A stretch of DNA of 64,000 nt from an uncultured Candidatus Saccharibacteria bacterium. GTDB lineage: Bacteria > Patescibacteriota > Minisyncoccia > Phycocordibacterales > UBA918. The notes beneath the pieces were generated by a model. It made no database searches, was not told where the DNA came from, and saw only the letters and a list, made by a program, of their open reading frames with translations. The stretch is from contig CAYGKO010000001.1 in NCBI GenBank assembly GCA_964350735.1, positions 182,578 through 246,577 on the forward strand. The letters are read 5' to 3'. This document shows positions 36,987-47,490 of this stretch, piece by piece (within the stretch, counting starts at the first letter, position 1; every line of letters starts with the position of its first letter). The position numbers and the translations under genes are program-made.

Positions 36987-37309
36987 ACTTAATTTGACAA
37001 AAAATATAGAACCTGATATTTTCAAGTCATGCAACGAACTGCAATACAAATGAATTGGCGCCACACTCGATATTCTCGTCGAGCGGCCTTTGTGTTGTAG
37101 TTTGTAACTCCTTCCCCATATCATTCTAAATTCTAGAAGACAAGATCCGCTCCCTGAGGAGCGGTTTTTGTTGCCCAAGGTTGGGAAGAACAATCATAGA
37201 ACCTTGAAAGGAATTGAAGATATCTACGATCAAAGTCATCTAGAATGACTTACACGGCTTTCGTATAGCTCGCAAAAATCGGGCTTCAAAAACCCAAAGG
37301 AGAAAGATC

Positions 37310-37663
37310 ATGTCAGTTATCCAATGTTACGACTTTAAATTTTTGGGGACAGTAATAAATCTACTAAACCAGAAATCAACTGATCAGTCATCTGTGACAA
37401 CGACTTTACTAGTTACAGATGAGGAGATAGAAAGAAGTGCAAACATATGGAGCGGTTTGGATTACTGGGTCTACACGCTACAGTCACAGACTGGTGGTTC
37501 AGTAAAATTTCATTCTGAAAGGCGCTTCTTGCGTAAAGGAGATAAGATTAAAGTCACGTGTCAGCAAATACAGGTTGATCAAGGAGCGATCTACACAACA
37601 GTCATAACGCATATCAGCGGAGAAGGAGAAAACAATGACTTACCAACCTACGTTCACCACTAA
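37310..37663 (+). CDS. hypothetical protein (117 aa)
   Basis: Overlaps the next gene by 29 nt in another frame. Confidence 0.3.
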   Translation: MSVIQCYDFKFLGTVINLLNQKSTDQSSVTTTLLVTDEEIERSANIWSGLDYWVYTLQSQTGGSVKFHSERRFLRKGDKIKVTCQQIQVDQGAIYTTVITHISGEGENNDLPTYVHH

Positions 37664-38417
37664 GTTCAAATTTCGTCCCGATTTGGCATTCCATATCGGG
37701 GTGGAGCGAGAATTTTTTGTTGCGAACAAACAGGGTCTCATTGTCCCTGAAGCACACCGCGTTTTGGAGCGGATAACCAACCCACTTCCAGATGCAGGAT
37801 CGTTCAGTTACGAATTGTCTGCGTGTCAGATTGAATCACAATCATTGCCGACAGATTCGTTAGATGCAGTATGGTCACAGCAAGTAAAGCTTGAAGATGA
37901 GCTTGATAGTGCACTAGCTGCTTGTGACTTACAGCGACTATGTCAGGAAGTCGCGCCAGACGATATGTCACTAGCGGTTTATTCGGATCCAGCTGGTCGG
38001 TATCAGCGGATTGCTACCGAAATGCCTCGTGAAGTGTTGCAGGCGGCCTGCCAGGTGGCTGGCACGCATTTCCACATTGGCATGCCGAGTGCAGAAATTG
38101 CACTCCAGGTGTACAACCGAGTTATCGCCCATTGTGACGAGCTTTGTCACATTGGTGATAATAGTAACGGTAAGCGAATGCGATTGTATGGAATCGTGGC
38201 ACCTGGCTATCGACCGGTGGCGCATGAGTCGTGGAATGCATTTGAAGTGTATGCAAAACAGCACGGATTCTATGAGAACCCACGTGATTGCTGGCACATG
38301 ATTCGTCTCACACTCCACGGCACAATCGAGTTTCGTAACTTTGGTGTCACCGAGTCGGTAGACGATATCATTAAGTGGGCTTATCGTTGTCGTGAACTAT
38401 GTCTTCACTATTCCTAA
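37635..38417 (+). CDS. carboxylate-amine ligase, glutamate-cysteine ligase family 2 (YbdK-like), short form
   Basis: HIGVEREFFV and GTHFHIGM match GCS2 signatures. 260 aa. Confidence 0.45.
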   Translation: MTYQPTFTTKFKFRPDLAFHIGVEREFFVANKQGLIVPEAHRVLERITNPLPDAGSFSYELSACQIESQSLPTDSLDAVWSQQVKLEDELDSALAACDLQRLCQEVAPDDMSLAVYSDPAGRYQRIATEMPREVLQAACQVAGTHFHIGMPSAEIALQVYNRVIAHCDELCHIGDNSNGKRMRLYGIVAPGYRPVAHESWNAFEVYAKQHGFYENPRDCWHMIRLTLHGTIEFRNFGVTESVDDIIKWAYRCRELCLHYS

Positions 38418-38450
38418 ACAAAACAAACACGGGGATGTGTAAACTTTCCC

Positions 38451-39299
38451 GTGTTATCTATACTAAAAAATAACCCTATGACTAACTCAATCACTACATT
38501 ACAAACAGATGCTCCTGGTCCAGCAGTTGCTATATTTGCCGGCGTACACGGTAATGAAAAAGCAGGGATTAGAACCATCGACTATTTACGACAAAATTTA
38601 AAACTCATAAACGGTACGGTGTATCTTGTCTATGCGAATCCTCGTGCGATAAAACAAGATGTGCGATTTACTGAAAAGAACTTGAATCGTTGTTTTCAAC
38701 TATCAGCCGAAGTGGGTGATACCTATGAAGAAAAGCGCGCAGTTGCGTTGATGAAATTGCTTGATTCTTGCGATGCTCTTTTAGATTTACACGCATACAA
38801 TGAACCTTATGGAGAGGCAACACCATTCGTGATTAGCGAGCCGAACGCAAAAGATATCGTTAAAACATTTGACGTATCCTATGTGATCAATGGTATTGAT
38901 GCTATTGAAAAAGGAGGTACTGACGGGTATATGTCGAACCAGAATAAGATTGGTATTTGTGTTGAGTTGGGCGCCATCGGAAAACCAGAGGAGTATGTGG
39001 ATTTAGGTATTCAAACCTCATATCAATTTCTCCAATATTTTGGAATGGTTGATAACACATACAAACCTTCAAATACACCACAAACTATCTTACAAGTCCA
39101 AAGTAAGTATGTTCGAAAATATGAAAACTTTTCCTTTGCAGCAAACTTTATGACGTTTGATGAAGTGTCAGCGGGACAGCTTATTTGTACTGATGGTGGA
39201 AAAGAAGTGCGGGCAGAAACGGACGCTTATTTGTTGTTTCCCGGGGGAAATAATCCGGTCGGAGTAGAAGCGTATGTAACCGCAGTAGGCGTAATATAA
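38451..39299 (+). CDS. succinylglutamate desuccinylase/aspartoacylase (AstE/AspA) family zinc hydrolase
   Basis: AIFAGVHGNEKAG is the HGNE motif. A DLH motif follows. Confidence 0.5.
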   Translation: MLSILKNNPMTNSITTLQTDAPGPAVAIFAGVHGNEKAGIRTIDYLRQNLKLINGTVYLVYANPRAIKQDVRFTEKNLNRCFQLSAEVGDTYEEKRAVALMKLLDSCDALLDLHAYNEPYGEATPFVISEPNAKDIVKTFDVSYVINGIDAIEKGGTDGYMSNQNKIGICVELGAIGKPEEYVDLGIQTSYQFLQYFGMVDNTYKPSNTPQTILQVQSKYVRKYENFSFAANFMTFDEVSAGQLICTDGGKEVRAETDAYLLFPGGNNPVGVEAYVTAVGVI

Positions 39300-39332
39300 T
39301 GATTGATTTTAGGCATTTGCTACAATATTCCT

Positions 39333-39911
39333 ATGGCTAAACTTTACTTTTCTTACGCAGCTATGAATGCTGGCAAATCAACAGCATTACTGCAGGTGGC
39401 ATATAACTACGAAGAGCGGGGGATGCGCGCATACTTACTAACCTCGGCGGTGGATGATCGGGCTGGAACGGGAGTGATTTGGTCTCGGATTGGTGCAAAG
39501 CGTGAAGCAGAGGTTTTTACTGACGAGGATAATCTATTCGCGAAAATTTCTGAGGAACACAAGCTGTCACCGATTGCCTGTGTCTTGATTGATGAAGCCA
39601 ACTGGTTAACGAAAGAGCAGGTAGAGCAGTTAGCAGTAGTGGTAGATACTTTGCGGATTCCGGTGATGTGCTATGGCTTACGGACTGATTTCCAGGGGAA
39701 TACCTTTACTGGTTCGCAGCGGCTGCTGGCGATCGCTGACGAATTACGGGAGATCCGTACGATTTGTCACTGTGGCCGCAAAGCCACCATGATTCTGCGG
39801 TACAACGAAGCCGGCGAGGCCGTAGTTGATGGACCACAGCTTTTAATTGGAGATAATGATACTTACACGTCAGTGTGTCGAAATCATTGGAAGGAAGCGC
39901 TTCAAAAGTAA
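39333..39911 (+). CDS. tdk: thymidine kinase
   Basis: MAKLYFSYAAMNAGKSTALLQ and a C-terminal zinc ribbon CHCG...CRNHW. Confidence 0.75.
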   Translation: MAKLYFSYAAMNAGKSTALLQVAYNYEERGMRAYLLTSAVDDRAGTGVIWSRIGAKREAEVFTDEDNLFAKISEEHKLSPIACVLIDEANWLTKEQVEQLAVVVDTLRIPVMCYGLRTDFQGNTFTGSQRLLAIADELREIRTICHCGRKATMILRYNEAGEAVVDGPQLLIGDNDTYTSVCRNHWKEALQK

Positions 39912-39924
39912 AATAGTACACAAA

Positions 39925-40130
39925 CAAAAAGAGCCCGGCTGGGGCTCTCTTTGTTTGTGTGATGGGAAATAGCGGGTGTATCCCTTTATATTTCCACATA
40001 GCGCTTACCAGATAAATCTGGTAGATACCTCCGCTACTCCTATATTTTAGCACGACAGTTCTGAAAGCCCCTGTGGAAAAGAAACAGCCGGCCCCGTAGG
40101 GGCCGGCTGTTTCTTTTAGAAGAAAATATT
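39925..40130. terminator. two hairpin terminators (CACAAACAAAGAGAGCCCCAGCCGGGCTCTTTTTGTTTGTG; GAAACAGCCGGCCCCGTAGGGGCCGGCTGTTTC) between convergent tdk and hup
   Basis: Seen directly. These coordinates are approximate. Confidence 0.5.
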
Positions 40131-40206
40131 TATTACTTCACTATTGATCGAACGAGGAGGCGAAAATATTTATATTTTCAGTTCCGAGTGAGTGAAAATA
40201 GCAAAT

Positions 40207-40479
40207 TTACTTTACTGCGTCTTTTAGAGCCTTAGCAGCACGGAACTTTGGTACGCGCATAGCTGGTACTTCGATTGGTTCACCAGTTCGTGGGTTACGA
40301 GCAGTACGAGCGTTTCGCATCTTGGCTGAGAAGATACCGAGACCTGCGATTGATACTTCATTACCTTCCTTAAGTGTATCAACGATACAGCTCATCATTG
40401 TTTCCACTGCGCGTTCTGCGTCAGCTTTGGTTCCTCCGAGCACTTCGTGTACCTTGTTGATGATATCTGCCTTGTTCAT
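40207..40479 (-). CDS. hup: HU-family DNA-binding protein
   Basis: 90 aa. GLGIFSAKMRNARTARNPRTGEPIEVPAMRVPKFRA is the HU arm. Confidence 0.8.
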   Translation of the reverse strand: MNKADIINKVHEVLGGTKADAERAVETMMSCIVDTLKEGNEVSIAGLGIFSAKMRNARTARNPRTGEPIEVPAMRVPKFRAAKALKDAVK

Positions 40480-40681
40480 ATTTTTCAGAAAATTATTCTA
40501 AGTGGCGTGTAATGTGTGTCGCTTGAGACACAGGCCGTAATAAATGGCTAGAAACATTATATAGCAAGGTATTTTACCTGCAACGACTGGTAATAGAATA
40601 AATGTGTGTTGTAGTTAGATTACCTTTTTTCTTGGTTTTAGCTTGTGGTATTATGCAAGCCTATTTTTAATTGATAATGAC

Positions 40682-41248
40682 ATGGTACGAGTTGGAGTAA
40701 TGGGGGCAAAAGGAAGTTTCACTGAACAGGCTGCCCTTAAATATATAGCTGATAATAATCTCACTGAGACTGAGATGGTGTTATTAGTTGAGATTAATGC
40801 TGTGCTTGAGGCGGTTACGAGTGATGCGATAGATATAGCGGTGTTTCCAATCCAGAACTCAGTGAGTGGGATCGTAGAGTCTTCGATGCATGGTATGTCA
40901 CAACACATTTTTACGATTACAGATTTTTTTGAGATGGAGATCGACCAGACGCTGTTAGTGCTTCCGGGCACAACTGCTGCCCAAGTCACGGAGATCACTT
41001 CGCAGCGCCCCGCTTTGGGACAATGTACTTCGTACCTGGAGCGAGTTTGGAAAGATACTCCAATTACTGAGTATGTAGATACCGCCAAGTCAGCCGCTGA
41101 TTTGGCCAACGGAACGCTGTCAGCTGGAACAGCAGTGATTGCTTCACCACTTTGTGCTGAGATCTATGGCCTAGAAATCCTAGAGCCATCGATTCAAGAT
41201 TTGAAGCACAATATGACGACGTTTGTAGCGGCAGTGAAAGGGAAGTAG
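40682..41248 (+). CDS. pheA: prephenate dehydratase (PDT domain only, no ACT domain)
   Basis: VGVMGAKGSFTEQAA...VFPIQNSVSGIV...matches the PDT domain. Confidence 0.5.
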   Translation: MVRVGVMGAKGSFTEQAALKYIADNNLTETEMVLLVEINAVLEAVTSDAIDIAVFPIQNSVSGIVESSMHGMSQHIFTITDFFEMEIDQTLLVLPGTTAAQVTEITSQRPALGQCTSYLERVWKDTPITEYVDTAKSAADLANGTLSAGTAVIASPLCAEIYGLEILEPSIQDLKHNMTTFVAAVKGK

Positions 41249-41304
41249 TACATAACAAAAGGCCGGCGCCAAGGGCGCCGGCCTTTTGTTATGTAGAGCA
41301 CGGC

Positions 41305-42834
41305 TTACCTTGCGTAGCTTACTACTCGGGTTTCTCTAATGACGTGCACTTTAATTTCACCTGGATAGCGAAGTTGGGATTCGATGTTCATCGCGATAGT
41401 ACGCGCCAGGTCGTGGGTTTGGATTTCGCTGAGGGATTCAGGGTTTACCAACACGCGGATCTCGCGACCGGCGGCGATAGCAAAGGCTTTCTCTACTCCA
41501 AGGAGCCCAGTCGCAATCGCTTCTAGTTCGGTTAGTCGCTTGATGTAGTTCTCCATTGAATCGCGTCGGGCTCCCGGTCGAGAGCCTGAGATAGAGTCGG
41601 CTACCTGGACGATAATTGATTCAGGGGTTTCGTATGGATACTCTTCGTGATGGGCGCGCATAGCGAGGATTACTTTCTGATCCACGCCATACTTCTCTAG
41701 GATCCGAATACCAATCTCGACGTGCGTCCCTTGGACTTCGTGACTGACAGTCTTACCAATGTCATGCAAGAGGGCCCCAGCCCGAGCAATTGCAACGTTA
41801 GCCCCCACTTCTTCAGCAATGATAGCGGCAATGTGAGCCATTTCGACTGAGTGCCAAAGCACGTTTTGTCCATAACTGGTGCGGAAGTGCAGACGACCGA
41901 TGATGGAGATAAGCTCTGGGTGTAAGTTGGGTACGCCGGCTTCGTAGGTGGCTTTTTCACCCATCTTTTTAACGATCGTCGCTACTTCTTTGCGAGCAGT
42001 TTCATATGCCTCCTCGATTTTAGCTGGTTGGATACGACCGTCTTTCACCAAGATCTCTAAGGCTACTCGAGCAATCTCACGGCGGATTGGGTCAAATGAA
42101 GAGAGGACGATGTAGCCCGGAGTTTCATCAACCAGTACATCAACCCCAGTGATTTGTTCGAACGCTCGAACGTTACGACCTTCACGGCCGATTACCTTAC
42201 CCTTAATGTCTTCGCTCGGTATTTCGACTGAAGTAGTCATGATATTAGTCGGCATCTGGTTGCCAACTCGGTGGATGGCCGCTAGTAGGATATTACGCGC
42301 TTTTTCTTCAACGTGTTCTTCCCCTAATCGGTCGATTTTTTGGATGTGCGCTACAATATCTTCTTCTCGCTCCTTTTCCATTTTAGTGACCACTTGGGTA
42401 AAAGCGTCGTCTTTTGAAACACCAGCGACTTCTTCGAGTTTAGCGTCGAGTTCACCAGCGCGGCCATCAAGCTGGGCTTTTAAGCCCTTAACTTGATCGA
42501 TCTTGTTGCGGACGTTTTCAGTTTGTGAGTCAAGGTCGATTTGGCGGGTATCAAGAAGCTCCTCCTTTTTTTCCAGGCGGTCTTCTTTGTGTTTTAACTT
42601 CGCTTCGCGCTCGCGCAGTTCTGCTTTGGTCTCTTTTTCTAACGTATCAGCTTTGGCTTCCGCTTTGTCGATAATGTGCCGAGCTTTTTCTTCCGCCTTC
42701 AATGTCTGTTCTTTCAGTTCTAATTCCAGCGAAGATCCTTTTGATAGAGCGTGGAGGTACCGTAAGTAGTATCCAGCGCCGATTCCCAAAGCGAGTGCTG
42801 CCCCAACGGCGCCCAAAAACATGAGTGGTGGCAT
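41305..42834 (-). CDS. rny: ribonuclease Y
   Basis: N-terminal TM helix, coiled coil, KH domain (GREGRNVRAFEQITGVDV) and HD domain (LLHDIGK). Confidence 0.8.
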   Translation of the reverse strand: MPPLMFLGAVGAALALGIGAGYYLRYLHALSKGSSLELELKEQTLKAEEKARHIIDKAEAKADTLEKETKAELREREAKLKHKEDRLEKKEELLDTRQIDLDSQTENVRNKIDQVKGLKAQLDGRAGELDAKLEEVAGVSKDDAFTQVVTKMEKEREEDIVAHIQKIDRLGEEHVEEKARNILLAAIHRVGNQMPTNIMTTSVEIPSEDIKGKVIGREGRNVRAFEQITGVDVLVDETPGYIVLSSFDPIRREIARVALEILVKDGRIQPAKIEEAYETARKEVATIVKKMGEKATYEAGVPNLHPELISIIGRLHFRTSYGQNVLWHSVEMAHIAAIIAEEVGANVAIARAGALLHDIGKTVSHEVQGTHVEIGIRILEKYGVDQKVILAMRAHHEEYPYETPESIIVQVADSISGSRPGARRDSMENYIKRLTELEAIATGLLGVEKAFAIAAGREIRVLVNPESLSEIQTHDLARTIAMNIESQLRYPGEIKVHVIRETRVVSYAR

Positions 42835-42992
42835 AGTCGCATCGTTATATTTCTAATTATCCAGTCGTTACAGTCGTACGGATTTATTCCAACATAGCAA
42901 ATATGCAGCTGGTTGTCGATCAGTACCACAAACCAACAAAAAACCTTTCGATATATCGAAAGGTTATTTGTTGGTTTCCGGCAGCTTTATCT

Positions 42993-43601
42993 CTATTTGT
43001 GCACTTCGTCGACTAAGCCATATTTCTTGGCATCAATGGCGTCCATAAAGAAGTCGCGGTCGGTGTCTTTCTCAATCTGACTTAGCGGCTTCCCAGAGGC
43101 TTTCGCCAGCATTTTATTAAGCCGTTCACGCGTCTTGATGATGTGTCGCGCAGTGATCTCAATATCACTGGCTTGCCCTTGCGCGCCACCCCACGGTTGA
43201 TGGATCATTACTTCAGCATTCTGGAGCGCATAACGCTTACCTTTGGTTCCTTGGGAAAGAATAATCGATCCCATTGAGGCGGCCATTCCAACCACTACGG
43301 TCGAGATGTCTGGCTTGATGTGGTGCATGGTGTCGACGATCCCCAGACCAGCTGACACGCTTCCCCCTGGTGAGTTGATGTAGAGCGAGATGTCTTTCTT
43401 GGGGTCTTCTGCCTCAAGGAAAAGCAGCTGCGCTACGACCAAGTTCGCCATATGATCTTCAATCGGTCCGGTCACGAAGATAATCCGCTCTTTCAAGAGA
43501 CGAGAATAAATATCGAAGGCTCGTTCACCGCCTTGGGTTTTCTCAATTACCATCGGGACTAAAAAGTCCTGGATTGCTTCTGTCTTGTGTTTCATACTCA
43601 A
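42993..43601 (-). CDS. clpP: ATP-dependent Clp protease proteolytic subunit
   Basis: [19 protein letters not shown] carries the active Ser and HQPWGG the His. Confidence 0.85.
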   Translation of the reverse strand: MSMKHKTEAIQDFLVPMVIEKTQGGERAFDIYSRLLKERIIFVTGPIEDHMANLVVAQLLFLEAEDPKKDISLYINSPGGSVSAGLGIVDTMHHIKPDISTVVVGMAASMGSIILSQGTKGKRYALQNAEVMIHQPWGGAQGQASDIEITARHIIKTRERLNKMLAKASGKPLSQIEKDTDRDFFMDAIDAKKYGLVDEVHK

Positions 43602-43715
43602 ATTCCAAATTCCTAATACTACCGACGTATCGTAGCAGACTTTTTATGAAGACAAAAGAAAAAGCGACGGTCCCTCAAGGTGAGGGGCCGCCGCGTCGCA
43701 GAGGTCAGGCTGAAC

Positions 43716-43817
43716 TTACCAGCCTTCGGGGTAGACAGTGATCGGGAAGAAAGGATATTCGCCGTTTTGCCAATCTTCAGGGTGTGGATCAGTAATGCTT
43801 GAAAAAATGTCGCCCAT
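43716..43817 (-). CDS. 33-aa hypothetical peptide
   Basis: MGDIFSSITDPHPEDWQNGEYPFFPITVYPEGW with a GGAGA SD 8 nt upstream. Untracked because it is under 60 aa. Confidence 0.2.
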   Translation of the reverse strand: MGDIFSSITDPHPEDWQNGEYPFFPITVYPEGW

Positions 43818-44015
43818 AATCTTGTCTCCGGTTAGTTGCGAGTAATTTCAGCATATATATATTCATTTAATGTGTCAATAAAAAACCAGACCGAAACGCT
43901 TTGTGTTCCGGTCTGGTTTTCTCCAGAGTAAGTAAATCTGATGGCGATGTTAGTGACTAAGACTTGGGCCAGCGCCCCGGAGCGGTCACTAAGATTGTCA
44001 TCAATTTACGAACGG

Positions 44016-45164
44016 TTATTTCTGCTCCTCGAGCATCTTCATCACGGCTTCGTTGGTCATTACTGAGGCCACATAGACGCGGACACGCATTTCGTCGGCG
44101 TCTTTGTACTGCGTGAGGAGTTCTTTGACTTGGGCATCAAGGGCGTCTTTTTCTGGTTCGATGTTCTCGAGCTTGGCGATTTCATTCAAGACCAGCTGGA
44201 GCTGTGCGCGCTTTTCGGCGGCTGGGGCCCAGTCTTTAATGAGTTCGTCTTGGGTTTTCTTGATGTGCGCGAGATACTCTTCCATCTTCATGTTGGCCCG
44301 CTTGAGGTCTTCTTCCATTTGACTGAACATTTGTCCAATCTCTGAGTCGATCAGAATCTGCGGTAGTTCCATTTCAGTGCCAGCGATGATAGCGTCGGTT
44401 ACTTTGGCGCGGTGAGCGGCAGTGGCTTCTTGAGCTTTTTGGATGCCGAGGTGTTCACGGATCTTAGCCTTGAAGTCGTCGACGGTTTCAAATTGTCCCG
44501 GCTGTCCGAGCGTCTTCACGACTTCGTCGGTTAGTTCGGGTACTTTGATGTTTTCAGGATCGAAAGCTTCTTCTTCTGCTTTCTCGGCTTCTGACTCAGG
44601 AGTTGGTAATTCAGTCGCGTCGCTAGCTTCGTCTGACTTCTCGGCTTGCTTAGCAGCGTTAGCTTGCATTCGTTCGTAGGCAACTTTTTGCTTAAGGATC
44701 TCTTCGATTTGCTTCGCAACGTCTTCGTCAGTCACTTCAGTTGAATCCTTTGTTTCGTTGGTAGTTTTAGCCAGGACCTTGTAGTCAGGCAGCTTGATTT
44801 CAGGTACGACCGCTACGGTAGCAGTGAAACCTAGTGGGTTGTCAGGAGCGATTTTAGTGATTTGGATTTGCGGATGGCCAATCGCATCGATCTCATGATG
44901 CTTGAGCGCTTCAGGGTACACTTTTGCTAGAGCTCGCTCTGACATCTCAGTGAGAATAGCCATCTCACCGACTTTTTCTACGATCATTGCTTCAGGCACT
45001 TTGCCTTCACGGAAACCGTCGATTTTAACGTTCTTCCCCAAAGCCTTAACAGCACTGCCTCGATGGGCAGCCAGTACTTCAAATGGTACTTCACCTGTGA
45101 TTTTCACCTGTGATTTCTCTTCTGGTTCGATAGTAAAGTCTTTTACAAAATCCATAATTTTCAA
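44016..45164 (-). CDS. tig: trigger factor
   Basis: N-terminal ribosome-binding motif GFREGKVP and overall TF architecture. 382 aa. Confidence 0.7.
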   Translation of the reverse strand: MKIMDFVKDFTIEPEEKSQVKITGEVPFEVLAAHRGSAVKALGKNVKIDGFREGKVPEAMIVEKVGEMAILTEMSERALAKVYPEALKHHEIDAIGHPQIQITKIAPDNPLGFTATVAVVPEIKLPDYKVLAKTTNETKDSTEVTDEDVAKQIEEILKQKVAYERMQANAAKQAEKSDEASDATELPTPESEAEKAEEEAFDPENIKVPELTDEVVKTLGQPGQFETVDDFKAKIREHLGIQKAQEATAAHRAKVTDAIIAGTEMELPQILIDSEIGQMFSQMEEDLKRANMKMEEYLAHIKKTQDELIKDWAPAAEKRAQLQLVLNEIAKLENIEPEKDALDAQVKELLTQYKDADEMRVRVYVASVMTNEAVMKMLEEQK

Positions 45165-45275
45165 GTCAAAATAATACCGGGGTAGTGTACCGATATGAGC
45201 TTAAATTGCAAGAACGGGAGTAACAAAAAGACCGACACATATTCGTGTCGGTCTTTTTGCTAGATTGGTGGGTAT

Positions 45276-45698
45276 TTAGTTTGCTTCTACGTCAGTCCCA
45301 AATTCTGCATCTAACTCAGCCTCGATAGCTTGTAGTTCAGCATCAAGAGTATCAAGATCAGTGGCCTCGAGATCGGCCTCAATCGCGGCTAGTTCATCCG
45401 AAGAGCTGACAGTCTGAAGGGTTTCAACGTCAGCTTCGGCGTTGGTTGATTCAGGCTCGTTGTTTTCTGCAGCGGTAGGTCGTTCTATTGCTGCCGGTTC
45501 GGTATTATTTTGAAGTGTCGTCCCCCAAAGATATAGTCCGCCTAAGATAAGTACGAGAATGACAATAAGTACTCCTAAGATGATACCCATTGATGATTTC
45601 TCCTCAGCGACAACTTCGGTGCCGGCTGGCATTTTCATTTCGCTTTCAGGAATTGAATCAATATCGACTGATTCTGGATTGTGTTGTTCTTCGTTCAT
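45276..45698 (-). CDS. single-TM acidic hypothetical protein
   Basis: One TM helix (ILGVLIVILVLILGGLYLW) with acidic flanks. Confidence 0.35.
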   Translation of the reverse strand: MNEEQHNPESVDIDSIPESEMKMPAGTEVVAEEKSSMGIILGVLIVILVLILGGLYLWGTTLQNNTEPAAIERPTAAENNEPESTNAEADVETLQTVSSSDELAAIEADLEATDLDTLDAELQAIEAELDAEFGTDVEAN

Positions 45699-45724
45699 AA
45701 GATGATTGTAGATTAGAGGATTGA

Positions 45725-46351
45725 TTAGTCGGTGACTGGTGGAAGCGCGGTAGTTGCTTCTTTAAGTCCGGCAACAGCAGCGCGAATATGAACTCGGGCG
45801 TCCATTAGGTGCGTTTTCACCATTTGGAATTTTGATTTTCCTGCTTGCCAAGCATCACGAGGTGATTCGGAACTGACAATGTTTGCGACTACAGTGTCAA
45901 TATCTACAATAACTGCTTCTGCACTAGCAATATCAGCTCGTGCGGCTTCTAGCTCACTCGAAGCGGCTGTAGTATCAGCTCCTTTTTCAGACATTTTCTC
46001 TACTCGTGATTCGATCCGATCAATTATTTGATTCATTCGAGCAATCACAGCGTCAGCTCGATTTGAGATATTTGCAGCTAAGTTGGTTACACGAGTAGAC
46101 ATTTGCTCACTGATGACAGCACGCCGTTCTTCTTTTTCAATTACGCGCTCAGCTTGCATTTCAACACGTTCCGCCTGCGCTTGGACCCGCTCAGCTTGTA
46201 TCTCAGCCTGCGCAGCTTCACGCTCAACTTGAGCTTCCGCTGGTTCCATCTCAGTTTCTTGAGCATTTGCAATTGTAGCTACACTACAAACTGCTAAAAG
46301 AATGGCTAAACTTATAAACGAAAATGATACTTTTAAACTTTTCATATGCAT
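45725..46351 (-). CDS. secreted coiled-coil protein with QAERV repeats
   Basis: Signal peptide plus repeated AQAE(R/I)V heptad-like units. Confidence 0.35.
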   Translation of the reverse strand: MHMKSLKVSFSFISLAILLAVCSVATIANAQETEMEPAEAQVEREAAQAEIQAERVQAQAERVEMQAERVIEKEERRAVISEQMSTRVTNLAANISNRADAVIARMNQIIDRIESRVEKMSEKGADTTAASSELEAARADIASAEAVIVDIDTVVANIVSSESPRDAWQAGKSKFQMVKTHLMDARVHIRAAVAGLKEATTALPPVTD

Positions 46352-46459
46352 ATACTAATTAATACCTCCACCAGATGTGGTACATCTGTCGTATCTATAA
46401 GTATAGCGGGGCGACACCCGAGATGCCGCCCCGCTTATACACAACTGAGATCGTGTTCT

Positions 46460-47380
46460 TTACACTTTCAGTACCGGGATGATCTGTTTTTTGCGAGATA
46501 CGATGCCTGGTAATACTTCAGTATCAGATTCTACCGTCACCCCAAAGGATTTTTCGATCACCGCTTTTGTGAGGTCGTTGTAGGTCAGTACAGTCGCTTC
46601 TTCTTGTAAGATATCAACAATGAAGAAGAGAACGTCATCCACGTCGTTTTCTTCTGCTACACACTCAGAGATAGCAGTCACCAGTCCTTCTTTTCGGGCC
46701 AGAATAGTCTCTGGAGTAGTAGTCTCAATCACTGAAATACGGAAGTTTTTGTCACCGACTTCGTATTTCTTGCTATCAAGCTTGATTAGTCCAGCGTCAG
46801 TGAAGCTCGAGACGTCTGACTTGGCTGCAAACATAGCGGTGGCGTATTCTGCAATAGCAACGTCGATTTGTTTTGCCAGTCGCTCCGCCACGTCTTTATC
46901 ATGAGGGGTGGTGGTTGGGCTCCGGAATTCTAAGGTGTCAGAGATGATACATGACAACATCAGTCCAGCGATATGACGAGGGAGTTCAATATTCTCCCCG
47001 TCCATGAGTTCGTATAGAATGGTAGCCGTGCAGGCCCAGGGTCGAATGGTGATGTCAGCTGGAGCACTGGTTTCTAAGCCCCCTACTAATTTATGGTGGT
47101 CGATGATTTGAAGGATATTGGCTTGGTTGATGTTTTCAGGGAGTTCTTGGGGGTTATTGGTGTCAACAATCGCCACATCATCACCCGCAGCGAGCGATTC
47201 CAAAAGTGCTGGCGTTGCCACTTCAAACTGATTGAGCACAAAGCTGGTTTCGGTATTAAGTTCACCCAGTACATACGGTACTGCCTCATCACTACCGTGC
47301 TCATTTAAATACCAGGCCCACACAATGGCAGAACAAACGGTATCAGTATCAGGAGCCAAATGGCCAAAAACTTTTGTCAT
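46460..47380 (-). CDS. ppaC: manganese-dependent inorganic pyrophosphatase (family II, DHH/DHHA2)
   Basis: HLAPDTDTVCSAI and IIDHHKL motifs. 306 aa. Confidence 0.65.
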   Translation of the reverse strand: MTKVFGHLAPDTDTVCSAIVWAWYLNEHGSDEAVPYVLGELNTETSFVLNQFEVATPALLESLAAGDDVAIVDTNNPQELPENINQANILQIIDHHKLVGGLETSAPADITIRPWACTATILYELMDGENIELPRHIAGLMLSCIISDTLEFRSPTTTPHDKDVAERLAKQIDVAIAEYATAMFAAKSDVSSFTDAGLIKLDSKKYEVGDKNFRISVIETTTPETILARKEGLVTAISECVAEENDVDDVLFFIVDILQEEATVLTYNDLTKAVIEKSFGVTVESDTEVLPGIVSRKKQIIPVLKV

Positions 47381-47490
47381 ATATCAATTGAAATTACACA
47401 GTAAATAATCGCCCATATCCTAGCGTATTTAACGAAAACATAAAAGGCAGTAGGTTAAGCCTGCTGCCTTTTATGTTTTGGCTCAGTAAA

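Noticed and set aside
39706-40053. 115-aa minus-strand ORF
   Set aside because: It overlaps the 3' end of tdk and two terminator hairpins, and its translation is low-complexity.
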